Assembly: GCA_963817955.1 (NCBI GenBank)
Contig: CAWFQK010000004.1
Span: 832,001 to 896,000 of the forward strand
Direction of reading: 5' to 3'
Length of the DNA: 64,000 nucleotides
Source of the DNA: an uncultured Gemmatimonadaceae bacterium
GTDB lineage: Bacteria; Gemmatimonadota; Gemmatimonadetes; Gemmatimonadales; Gemmatimonadaceae
Position 1 is the stretch's first letter. Each line of letters opens with the position of its first letter. The notes under the pieces were generated by a model, which did no database searches, was not told the origin of the DNA, and was given only the letters and a program-made list of their open reading frames with translations. The translations under genes were made by a program, and so were the position numbers. This document shows, one piece after another, positions 1 to 8,752 of the stretch.

Positions 1-1371
1 CGCCGAGTTGATCGTCGCGCTCGGGACGAGGAAGATCGGCCCTGACGAGCTGCTGGCCTGGGCCGTGCCCGACACGCCGATCGTGCCTGTCAGCACGTCA
101 CCAACCGCATGGTGCGCGAGCACGTCGAGCGTCCCGGTGTTCAAGACAAGACCGAACGCCTGCTGGTCCTTGACCTTGGTGCACGTGGTCTGACCAGGAG
201 CGGGAACACAATCGTCGGAAACCTCTGCGAGCGAATGCCGCTGAAATTGGGCCTTGGTCTCCAGGCGCAGGCCGCCGAAGAGATGATTGTTGGTTGCTTG
301 GAGCCGGTCATCCATCACCTGGCGCACGGGGCCGCCGTTCGGGTCGCCGACCTCCGGACCTGTGGGCTCGAGCAGATGGAACTCGCCGCCGTAATGCGCA
401 CCGCGGAACACGGTATTGTCGTGATCGCCGCGAATGCCGAACGCCCCTTCCCCGTTGAACGCCCAGAAGCTCGAGTTTGGAACGGCGCCGTCGGGAGTCT
501 GATAGTTCTGAGCAAAGCGGCCAGTTCCCATGGCGCGCCACCCGTAGTTGGCCTGCGAGCCTTCCGCCATCGCGGCTCCGCCAAGCTCGGCGTTACTGCT
601 CGCGCCATATGCCTCGACGGCCTCGCGCCGCGCTTTCGCTCCATCAGCGCTGAATGGAACGTCGGCCGGAACGACGTTCACGACACCGGACAACGCGTCG
701 GATCCATACAGCACACTTGCCGGACCACGGATCACCTCGATGCGCTGAGCAATCCGCGCGTCGATCGAGGGACCGTCTTCGTCGCTCCACGAATAGTCTT
801 CGAGCCGACTGCCGTCCGCGAGCACGAGAATGCGTGGACCAAAGAGTCCGCGGATCATCGGCTTTCCGATTTGCTGTCCCGTACTCACGTTGCGAACGCC
901 GGGGAGATTGGCAACCGAATGTGCGAGCGAGACTCCACCTTCGCGATCAACCTGATCCCCCGTCAGCACGCTCGTGGACAGTGGCGACGAGATCGCCAGG
1001 GTCGGCGCGCGTGTGGCCGTGACGTTCACCGGTTCAATCCGCTGGACGCCGATTTCGAGCGTGAGGGCGACGACGGTTGGAGCGCCGGCCGTCACCGTGA
1101 TCGTCATTGCCTTTGCCACGAACCCCAGGCGGCGCACGGAAATGGTGTATCGCCCGGCCGGCGTGGCGCCGAGCTGGAACGCGCCGGAGCTGTCGCTGGT
1201 CGTCGCACGATTCAACTCCACCAGACTGACGGTCGCGCTGGCAACCGGCTCACCACTGGAGGCGGAGATCCGTCCCTTCACCGTCCCGTCGCCCGACTGA
1301 GCGAATGCCGAAGTGCCGACGAAGGAGAAGAGCGCGAGGGCAACCGCGATTGCGCGGGGTGAGGCGGACAT
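1..1371 (-). CDS. TonB-dependent receptor with N-terminal carboxypeptidase-regulatory-like domain and plug (3' part runs off the window)
   Basis: Manual translation from the ATG at 1371 gives MSASPRAIAVALALFSFVGTSAFAQ (signal peptide), GTVKGRI...GRYTISVRRLGF, and plug motifs GKPMIRGL and RIEVIRGPASVLYGSDALSGVVNVV. It is absent from the ORF track because it has no stop in the window. Confidence 0.9.
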   Translation of the reverse strand, partial: MSASPRAIAVALALFSFVGTSAFAQSGDGTVKGRISASSGEPVASATVSLVELNRATTSDSSGAFQLGATPAGRYTISVRRLGFVAKAMTITVTAGAPTVVALTLEIGVQRIEPVNVTATRAPTLAISSPLSTSVLTGDQVDREGGVSLAHSVANLPGVRNVSTGQQIGKPMIRGLFGPRILVLADGSRLEDYSWSDEDGPSIDARIAQRIEVIRGPASVLYGSDALSGVVNVVPADVPFSADGAKARREAVEAYGASSNAELGGAAMAEGSQANYGWRAMGTGRFAQNYQTPDGAVPNSSFWAFNGEGAFGIRGDHDNTVFRGAHYGGEFHLLEPTGPEVGDPNGGPVRQVMDDRLQATNNHLFGGLRLETKAQFQRHSLAEVSDDCVPAPGQTTCTKVKDQQAFGLVLNTGTLDVLAHHAVGDVLTGTIGVSGTAQASSSSGPIFLVPSATINSA

Positions 1372-1386
1372 CCACAAGCTCCGAGG

Positions 1387-1417
1387 CGGGTTCGTAGAGT
1401 AAAACGGGTTCGTAGAG
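1387..1417. repeat. 13-bp direct repeat CGGGTTCGTAGAG x2 (18-bp period) upstream of the TonB receptor
   Basis: Copies at 1387-1399 and 1405-1417 seen directly. Confidence 0.85.
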
Positions 1418-1559
1418 AAACGAATGGCGGAGCGATACCGTTGGGTCCCGTTGCAGCCAGTCGGAGGGTTCCAAACGAACTCAGGTGGTAGCCCGGTGTG
1501 CTTCGTGCACCCTCACATGGAATCCGTCGCTAGAAACGATCATTCCTGCCGGACATGCG

Positions 1560-2573
1560 ATGTCGAACGTACTCGGCCTCCACCACGTAACCGCGATCGC
1601 CAGCGATCCACAGCGCAACCTCGACTTCTATGCCGGGCTGCTTGGACTGCGCTTGGTGAAGCGGACCGTCAACTTCGACGACCCACAGACGTATCACTTC
1701 TATTTTGGGGACGAGGTCGGGACGCCCGGGAGCATCATGACCTTCTTCCCGTGGCCGGCCGCGCGGCGCGGACGCCAAGGCAGCGGGCAGTTGGCTGTCA
1801 CGTCGTTTGCCGTGCTCCCGAGCGCGATCGACTTCTGGGTCGAACGGCTGCGGCGGTACAATGTCTCCTTCGAGGCCCCGACGCATCGCGGGTCTGGTGC
1901 GGACGCGGAGCAGGTCCTCGCGTTCAAGGACCATGACGGATTGCTGCTCGAGATCGTCGCGCATGCGGGAACCGAGGCACGCCCGGCTTGGGGCGGCGCG
2001 CCAGGGATCACAGAGGATCACGCCATTCACGGCTTTCATGGCGTCACCCTGTGGGTGGACCAAACAGAGCCCACAGAGCGAGTGCTCGTCGACACGCTCG
2101 GCTTCCACGCCGTCAGTGAGCACGGCACGACCAGACGTTATGCGATCGGCGACGCTGGGCCGGGCGCGCTCGTAGACATCCGCGAAATCGGAGACTTTGG
2201 ACGCGGCTCCAGCGGCGCCGGCACCGTGCACCACGTGGCGTTCGCCGTGGAAGACGACGAGGCGCAATTGGCGATGCGCGAGCGCGTGTTGCAGACGCAC
2301 CTGCAGCCCACACCGGTGATCGACCGAAACTACTTCCACTCGGTGTACTTCCGGGAGCCCGATGGCATTCTCTTCGAGCTGGCGACGATCCCGCCGGGTT
2401 TCGCCATCGACGAGCCAGTGGAGGCGCTCGGCGAACGGCTCATGTTGCCGCCTCGATACGAGCCGCATCGCGAGGCAATCGAGTCAGTGCTTCCGTGCGT
2501 CCACCTGCCCGTCTCGCAGGCCGACTTCAGCTTCATCTCCGAGACCACCGGCCCCGAGGACATCCGCCGATGA
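1560..2573 (+). CDS. Ring-cleaving dioxygenase, VOC/glyoxalase family (MhqO-like)
   Basis: GLHHVTAIA...LVKRTVNFDDP.TYHFYFGD, GTVHHVAF, DRNYFHSVYFREPDGILFELAT. Confidence 0.92.
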   Translation: MSNVLGLHHVTAIASDPQRNLDFYAGLLGLRLVKRTVNFDDPQTYHFYFGDEVGTPGSIMTFFPWPAARRGRQGSGQLAVTSFAVLPSAIDFWVERLRRYNVSFEAPTHRGSGADAEQVLAFKDHDGLLLEIVAHAGTEARPAWGGAPGITEDHAIHGFHGVTLWVDQTEPTERVLVDTLGFHAVSEHGTTRRYAIGDAGPGALVDIREIGDFGRGSSGAGTVHHVAFAVEDDEAQLAMRERVLQTHLQPTPVIDRNYFHSVYFREPDGILFELATIPPGFAIDEPVEALGERLMLPPRYEPHREAIESVLPCVHLPVSQADFSFISETTGPEDIRR

Positions 2574-2699
2574 GATCTCCGGCGCTGACCCAACGCCGCC
2601 GTACGGCGATTCGGCTGATGATGCTCCGCGCACGCCATTAGAGATCGACGACAGTACGCCTGCGGCGTCCAGCGGAGTTGCCCGCCTCCCATTCCGCGC

Positions 2700-2749
2700 T
2701 TGACAGGCAAGAAGATAGAGACGATACTCCCCGGAGTTACTCCGTGGAG
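2700..2749 (+). promoter_or_regulatory. Sigma70-like promoter with overlapping inverted repeat (candidate PadR operator)
   Basis: TTGACA 2700-2705, 17-bp spacer, GATACT 2723-2728; inverted repeat CTCCCCGGAG-TTA-CTCCGTGGAG at 2727-2749 covers the RBS. Confidence 0.65.
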
Positions 2750-2754
2750 CCACC

Positions 2755-3099
2755 ATGCCGTCCGACGTTTCCCTGCTGCCCGGCACACTCGACGCGCTCG
2801 TGCTCAAGACCCTCACCTGGGGGCCGCGACATGGCTACGCCATTGCGCGATGGATCAAGGATTCGAGCGACGATGCGCTCGCCGTCGAGGACCGGGCCCT
2901 GTACCTCGCCCTGCACCGCCTCGAAGACAAAGGCTGGGTGGAGAGCGAGTGGGGACAGTCCGAGAACAACCGGCGTGCGAAATTCTATCGTCTGACCACC
3001 GCCGGCCGCCGTCAGCTCAAGACCGAAGTCGAGCGACTCACCACGTATTCTGAAACGCTCATTCGCCTCCTCGGTATGCCGAGAGGAGCGATCTCGTGA
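2755..3099 (+). CDS. PadR family transcriptional regulator (acidobacterial type)
   Basis: GTLDALVLKTL..GPRHGYAIARWI, LYLALHRLE..GW, SENNRRAKFYRLT. Confidence 0.93.
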   Translation: MPSDVSLLPGTLDALVLKTLTWGPRHGYAIARWIKDSSDDALAVEDRALYLALHRLEDKGWVESEWGQSENNRRAKFYRLTTAGRRQLKTEVERLTTYSETLIRLLGMPRGAIS

Positions 3100-5852
3100 G
3101 CGCCGCCTGGACGGGACTGCGGCGCCTGCTCCATATCGCCACTCGTCGGGGCGTGGAGCGCGACGTCGACGCTGAGATCCAGTTTCACCTCGAGAGCCGG
3201 TCGAACGACTTGGTCGCCTGCGGACACGATCCCGACACGGCACGCGCGCTGGCCGAGCGCGAGTTCGGTAACATCGCCGACTCGCGTCGCCAACTGATCG
3301 ACGTCGCGCAGCACCGGCACGACCGCGCCGAGCGCGCCAGCCGCTGGGAGGCGCTACGGCACGACGTGGCGTTCAGCCTGCGGGCACTCCGTCGCTCACC
3401 GGGAATCGCCTGCACGGTCATCGTGCTGCTCGCGCTCGGCATCGGCGCAAACGCGGCAACGTTCGCCGTAGCCGATGAGTTGTTCCTCCGGCCGCCGGCC
3501 GGCGTGTCCGAGCCCGCGAGTCTCGTTCGCTTGTATGTCCGCACCAATCACACGATCGGGAGAGTCACCACCATCCAGCCGGAGCTCGAGTTTGCAGCGT
3601 ACACCGAGATCGCCGCGGCCCTCAACGGTCGCGCTACGCTCGCGGCGTACACGCCGCCAGATTCGGCGTTCGTCCGCATTGGCGAAGCGACGCAGACGCT
3701 CCGCGTCGTCTACGCCACGTCCAACTACTTCCCCGTGCTCGGCGCCGGAGTGTCGTACGGCCGCGCGTTCAGGGAGGCGGAGAACCAAATGGGTGCGGGG
3801 ACCCCGGTAGCCGTGATCAGCCACGGGATGTGGCAGCGTGTCTTCGGGGGCGACTCGGCGGTTCTTGGCAAACAGTTCGAGGTCGCACTGGCCCGGTACA
3901 CGATCATCGGCGTGGCCGCTCCCGCGTTCAACGGGCCCGATCTGGACCGCACGGACGTTTGGCTGCCGATCGCGATGAGACCGGGTCCAACGATCGGCGG
4001 GACGCCGTGGTATCGTGAATGGCGATCCGGTTCGTTCGTGCGCGCGATCGCTCGCCCGCGTCCGGGCGTGGCGCCGGGGAGCGTCGTCGCCGTGGCTACC
4101 GCTGCGTGGCACCGCGGCGAACGGGAAAACGTGACGTTCTCCCCCGACACGATGGGAACGGTACTCGCCGGCCCCGTGCTCGAGACCCTTGGGCCTTCGG
4201 TAACGCCTGCGGTCGAGCGCGCAATCACGTCGCGTCTCTTCGGCGTCACGTTCATCGTCCTGCTGATCGCCTGCGCGAACGTGGCGAATCTTCTCCTGCT
4301 GCGTGGCGTGCGGCGGCGGCGGGAGGTAGCGGTTCGGCTCTCCCTCGGCAGCCCGCGCGCGCGACTGGTGCGTCAACTCCTCATCGAGAGCACGCTGCTC
4401 GCACTTGCCGCCTCGATCGTCGCGATCGCCGTCGCCGCGTGGGGTGGCACCCTGCTCCGCGCCATGATACTGCCGTCGGTTCATTGGGCTACCAGCGCGA
4501 TCACCTGGCGCGTCGTTCTCGCGTCCGTGAGTACCGCGCTAGTCACGGGCGTGATCGCGGGCATCGCTCCCGCATGGCGCGCCAGCCGCACCGATCTGAG
4601 CGCGTCGCTCAAGAGCGGCTCGCGCGAGGGCGGTGCACACCGTTCGCTGCTGCGGACCGGTCTCGTCGTGAGCCAAGCGGCGTTGTCCGTCGTGCTCCTC
4701 GCGGGCGCGGGATTGTTCGTGCACAGCCTCCGCGCCGTGCATGCCATCGACGTGGGCTACGATATCAATCGCGTTGCCTACGGCACCGTGCGGTTCCGCG
4801 ACCCGGAAGAACGCTACCTCGAAATCTTCAGCAGCGAGCACGCCGCCGAGCTTGCGAGCGGGTTGGCGATGGTGGCCACGCGTCTCCGCGTTGATCCGGA
4901 TGTCGCGTCCACCACGCTCGCCAGCGCTCCGCCGATGAACGGGTTCGGCATGACGAGCATGTTTCGCTCGGATGGGTCCCGGCCGCCCGAGCTGAATGGC
5001 CGGGATCCGGCGCTCATCGCCGTCGAGCCGTCGTATGCGGCGGCAACTGGTGTGAAGCTCGTGCGCGGCCGATTCTTCAGCGAATCCGATCGAACAGGCG
5101 CCGCGCCCGTCGTGGTCGTGAACGAGACGACTGCGCGCACGTACTGGCCGGCCGGTGACGCGCTCGGGCAGTGCCTCCGGTTGGCGGAAGTCACTCGCGC
5201 TTGCGCGACTGTCATCGGCATCACCCACGACGCGCATCTCGAGACAATCGTCGAGGACGCGAGGGTGGAAGTCTTCGCGCCAATGGCACAGTCCAGCGGA
5301 TACCTGGCGCGGCCGTCGTTCATCGTGGTGCGCGCCGCGCCCGGCGGCACCGAGCGCGCGATCGGCGCCCTGCGGCGCGAGCTCGCGCGCGAGTTCCCAT
5401 CCGCCGAGCCACCCTACGTCATGTCGATGTCTCGCGCAGTCGAGCCGGAACTCCGCCCGTGGCGTCTCGGCGTCACGCTCTTTTCGCTCTTTGGCGCGCT
5501 CGCGCTCATCGTCGCTTCTGTTGGGGCGTACAGCGTGGTGGCGTACGCCGTGGACCAGCGCGTGCACGAAATGGGCATTCGCATCGCCCTCGGCGCGCGC
5601 CGGCACCAGCTCGTTCGGCTGGTGCTGGCGCAGGGCATGATGCCGCTCATCGTGGGGATCGCCATTGGCATTGGGCTGACGATAGCGCTCGGGCCGCTGG
5701 TCGCCTCGATGCTCTACGACACAGGGTCGACGAACCCATTGGTGCTCGCCGCGGCCGCTGGGGCGCTGTTCGTGACGGGGCTTCTTGGCAGCTTCGTGCC
5801 GGCGCGTCGGGCAACGCGCGTCGATCCGGCGGTCTCGCTGCGCGCGGACTGA
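3096..5852 (+). CDS. ADOP-type duplicated MacB/FtsX-like ABC permease
   Basis: N-terminal VDAEIQFHLE...A.REFG; LALGIGANAATF; LLIACANVANLLL; C-terminal PARRATRVDPAVSLRAD; GTGA overlap with padR. Confidence 0.92.
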   Translation: MSAAWTGLRRLLHIATRRGVERDVDAEIQFHLESRSNDLVACGHDPDTARALAEREFGNIADSRRQLIDVAQHRHDRAERASRWEALRHDVAFSLRALRRSPGIACTVIVLLALGIGANAATFAVADELFLRPPAGVSEPASLVRLYVRTNHTIGRVTTIQPELEFAAYTEIAAALNGRATLAAYTPPDSAFVRIGEATQTLRVVYATSNYFPVLGAGVSYGRAFREAENQMGAGTPVAVISHGMWQRVFGGDSAVLGKQFEVALARYTIIGVAAPAFNGPDLDRTDVWLPIAMRPGPTIGGTPWYREWRSGSFVRAIARPRPGVAPGSVVAVATAAWHRGERENVTFSPDTMGTVLAGPVLETLGPSVTPAVERAITSRLFGVTFIVLLIACANVANLLLLRGVRRRREVAVRLSLGSPRARLVRQLLIESTLLALAASIVAIAVAAWGGTLLRAMILPSVHWATSAITWRVVLASVSTALVTGVIAGIAPAWRASRTDLSASLKSGSREGGAHRSLLRTGLVVSQAALSVVLLAGAGLFVHSLRAVHAIDVGYDINRVAYGTVRFRDPEERYLEIFSSEHAAELASGLAMVATRLRVDPDVASTTLASAPPMNGFGMTSMFRSDGSRPPELNGRDPALIAVEPSYAAATGVKLVRGRFFSESDRTGAAPVVVVNETTARTYWPAGDALGQCLRLAEVTRACATVIGITHDAHLETIVEDARVEVFAPMAQSSGYLARPSFIVVRAAPGGTERAIGALRRELAREFPSAEPPYVMSMSRAVEPELRPWRLGVTLFSLFGALALIVASVGAYSVVAYAVDQRVHEMGIRIALGARRHQLVRLVLAQGMMPLIVGIAIGIGLTIALGPLVASMLYDTGSTNPLVLAAAAGALFVTGLLGSFVPARRATRVDPAVSLRAD

Positions 5853-5909
5853 GCCGCCGCGTTGATACGAGGTAGAACTTCCTATCCCCCGGCGGCTCGT
5901 GATCCGCTC

Positions 5910-5942
5910 TTGACACTACGTGTACTAGTGTGCATAGTACAC
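5910..5942 (+). promoter_or_regulatory. Promoter with YtrA-type GntR operator GTGTACTA-N7-TAGTACAC
   Basis: TTGACA 5910-5915, 17-bp spacer, CATAGT 5933-5938; perfect 8-bp inverted repeat 5920-5942 ending just before the ATG at 5944. Confidence 0.85.
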
Positions 5943-5943
5943 C

Positions 5944-6333
5944 ATGCTTCCGTTCGCGATCACCCTCAAGCCCGGCGAGTCGCCGTACCGCCAGATCGTG
6001 TACGCGGCGACGAAGGCCGTCGTCTCGGGCGAGCTCAAGGCGGGGGACTCCTTCCCGTCCGTGCGTGAGCTGAGTCAGGCGCTCAAGATCAATCCGAACA
6101 CGGCTCAGAAGGTGGTCGCCGAGCTGGTGCGCGACGGGATCATCGAGGTGCGGCCGGGGATCGGAACGACCGTCACTACCCGTCGCCGCGCGTCGGCGGG
6201 CGAGCGGAAGCAGCTCCTCTCCAACGAAGTCGAACAGCTCATCGTCGAGGCGAAGCGGCTCGGGCTCTCCAAGTCGGACGTCGACAACGCCATCGCCGCG
6301 CGGTGGGCGCAGCTCTTCGGGGACCATTCATGA
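5944..6333 (+). CDS. GntR family regulator, YtrA subfamily
   Basis: PYRQIV...GELKAGDSFPSVRELSQALKINPNTAQK; short C-terminal domain; precedes an ABC ATPase. Confidence 0.92.
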   Translation: MLPFAITLKPGESPYRQIVYAATKAVVSGELKAGDSFPSVRELSQALKINPNTAQKVVAELVRDGIIEVRPGIGTTVTTRRRASAGERKQLLSNEVEQLIVEAKRLGLSKSDVDNAIAARWAQLFGDHS

Positions 6334-7241
6334 CCGACACCATCGTCGACGTCAGCCATCTTTCATACTACTATGGTCGTGTCGCCGTGTTGCGCGACGT
6401 GACGTTCTCCGTTCCGCGCGGTGCGCTGTATGCCCTGATCGGCCCGAACGGGGCCGGCAAGTCGACGCTGCTGCAGATCCTCAGTGGGCTTCGGCGTGCG
6501 CGCCACGGCGCCGCCACGGTGATGGGCAAGCCGAGCACCAAGCTCGCGACGGCCGACCGGGCGACGATCGGCTACATCGGCGAGGGGCAGTTGCTTCCGG
6601 GATGGATGCGGCTCGAGCAGTTGGAGGCATACCTCGCGCCGCTCTACGACACGTGGGACGCGCAGCTCGCCGACCACTTGCGCGAACGTTTCGAGCTCGA
6701 CCCGTCGCAGAAGATTCGCCAGCTTTCGCGCGGCGAATACATGAAAGCGGCCCTGCTCTGCGCGCTCGCGCCGCGCCCGCAGCTCCTGATCATGGACGAA
6801 CCGTTCACGGGCATGGATGCGCTCGTGAAGGACGAGCTCGTACGCGGCCTCCTCGAATCGGCCGGCAGCGAAGGATGGACGGTGCTCCTCTGTTCGCACG
6901 ACATCGGCGAGCTCGAGCTGCTGGCCGACTGGGTTGGCTTTCTCGACCGGGGCGTCATGCGTCTGTCGGAGCCGATGGACGTGCTGCGGCAGTGCTACAA
7001 GCACGTCGAGTTGACGACCGACGAGCCGCTTGGCGGCGTGACGATTCCCGACAGTTGGCTGTCTCTGGACCACGCCGCGTCGCGCGTCGAATTTGTCGTG
7101 GCGCACGAAGGCGACGACGTACTGAACCGCGTGGTGGCGCCTGTGCTGCCGCGCGCAACCAACGTGACGGTGCGTCCGGCGTCGCTCCGCGAGACGTTCG
7201 TCGCACTCGCGCGGCGTCCGCACCAGAGCGTGCCGGAATGA
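6330..7241 (+). CDS. ABC transporter ATP-binding protein (YtrB-like)
   Basis: GPNGAGKST, LSRGE, LLIMDEPF, SHD; ATGA overlap with gntR. Confidence 0.92.
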   Translation: MTDTIVDVSHLSYYYGRVAVLRDVTFSVPRGALYALIGPNGAGKSTLLQILSGLRRARHGAATVMGKPSTKLATADRATIGYIGEGQLLPGWMRLEQLEAYLAPLYDTWDAQLADHLRERFELDPSQKIRQLSRGEYMKAALLCALAPRPQLLIMDEPFTGMDALVKDELVRGLLESAGSEGWTVLLCSHDIGELELLADWVGFLDRGVMRLSEPMDVLRQCYKHVELTTDEPLGGVTIPDSWLSLDHAASRVEFVVAHEGDDVLNRVVAPVLPRATNVTVRPASLRETFVALARRPHQSVPE

Positions 7242-8752
7242 CGCGCGCGACACAGGTGCGGCACATCCTCGCCAAGGATCTCCGCGAGCAGCGCTGGCCG
7301 ATCGCCGTGTACATGATCGTCGTCGCGATCGCGTCGGTGAACGGCGCAATGCCGACGGGCGAGGCGCGCGGGATGGCGGGGATGCTCGCCGTGATCGTCG
7401 TCGGAGTGCTGGTCGCGGCAGTCGTGGTCCAAGCCGATTCCCCCGCGCGCGCCGACGCGCTGTGGAAGTCGCGCCCCATCTCCCCCGCCGCGATGCTCGG
7501 CGCCAAGAGCGCGTTCATCCTGCTCGCACTGGTCGCGCTTCCGGTTGCCGGGGAGGCAATCGGCCTCCACGCCGCTGGCGTGTCCGCCGGCAGGCTCCCG
7601 GTGATGCTCGCCGTCGCCGCCGCAGCGTACATAGAAATACTCATTATGGCGGTACTCTTGGCGGCCGTCACCGCGACGCTGTCCACGTTTGCGGTTGCGC
7701 TCGTCGCTTGCAACCTGGCATGCATGGTCGTGATGGAAGGGGCGTTCGCCAACGTGAGCGAACACTCCCATTGGCGCGGCCCGGTGCTCATGATGGTCGC
7801 GGTCGCTGCGGCGTGCGGGGTGTCGGTTTTCGCTTACCGGACGCGCGCCGCACGGCGAGGCACGAGCGTCGCCGCGGTGCTCTGCGTCGCCGCGATCAGC
7901 GTTGCCTTCGAGCTCTCACCCGCGACGCCGAGCGTGTCGGAACACGTCGGCGCGGTAGGCATGCTGCTGCCGCTCACCGCACGGGTGAACGATACCCTGT
8001 CATGGAAGAACGCATCGTCGCTCGCCGGCACGCTCATCCCCGACACTACCGGGGATGCGGTACGGGTGTTGTACCAGGCCACTGCGGTCATTCACCTGCG
8101 CAACGGCAAGACACTACCCGCCCGGCTCGATCGCTCGATCAGACTGTGGGCGCCGCCGCCACGCGACATTGCCGGCGCGCACTGGATGGACGATCTCCCG
8201 TTGCAACCCCGCTTGGAAAGCGTTGTATTATATGTATTCCCCAAACAAGGCTCCGCGATCGGCGCGGCCGGGGGGTTCGAGTCCGTTACGATCAGCGGGT
8301 GGGTCGCGGAGTTCGTGCCGCACGTCGCGGGGACCATGCCGGCGCGCAACGGCGCGCAGCTGACCGCGGAGGGCTCGCGCTATCGAATTCGATCGATCTC
8401 GCGCGACTATCAGCGTCCCGCCGTCGAGATCTCGGAAACATCGGTTAGAACGGACAACACGTCGGCGCTTCCGCTGCCTTCAGGCGAACCACGCCCGCCC
8501 GTCCATCCCGCGCTCGCGCTGATCGGCGCGGCGGTGCCCGGAACGTCGGTGTTCAACCACGAAGAGACGCAGTGGAGCACATACTTGTTGCTCTCCGGAC
8601 CAGAGATCAGGCAAACCATTCGACGATACCGACTGTCGATCGCCGACACGCAGCAGACCGTTGGAGACATCTTCGGTTCCGCTCGCATCGTGCTTGTCGC
8701 CTGGCATCTCCGTTCCCTCCACCCTGTAAGGGTCGAGGTGAAGGCGCCATGA
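7238..8752 (+). CDS. ABC-2-like membrane protein with large extracytoplasmic domain (paralog 1)
   Basis: Multi-TM N-terminal half (HILAKDLRE; QADSP...WKSRPI..AK); ATGA overlaps at both ends. Confidence 0.75.
   Translation: MTRATQVRHILAKDLREQRWPIAVYMIVVAIASVNGAMPTGEARGMAGMLAVIVVGVLVAAVVVQADSPARADALWKSRPISPAAMLGAKSAFILLALVALPVAGEAIGLHAAGVSAGRLPVMLAVAAAAYIEILIMAVLLAAVTATLSTFAVALVACNLACMVVMEGAFANVSEHSHWRGPVLMMVAVAAACGVSVFAYRTRAARRGTSVAAVLCVAAISVAFELSPATPSVSEHVGAVGMLLPLTARVNDTLSWKNASSLAGTLIPDTTGDAVRVLYQATAVIHLRNGKTLPARLDRSIRLWAPPPRDIAGAHWMDDLPLQPRLESVVLYVFPKQGSAIGAAGGFESVTISGWVAEFVPHVAGTMPARNGAQLTAEGSRYRIRSISRDYQRPAVEISETSVRTDNTSALPLPSGEPRPPVHPALALIGAAVPGTSVFNHEETQWSTYLLLSGPEIRQTIRRYRLSIADTQQTVGDIFGSARIVLVAWHLRSLHPVRVEVKAP

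Noticed and set aside
109..1362. 417-aa plus-strand ORF
   Set aside because: Antisense shadow of the TonB receptor; no motifs. The same applies to most long overlapping ORFs in this GC-rich window (for example 24085-25482, 30810-32210, 49853-51277).
1420..1500. Possible TPP, cobalamin or NiCo riboswitch before the TonB receptor
   Set aside because: Only isolated words (CTGAG, GGGAC) match; the core consensus and helices could not be built.
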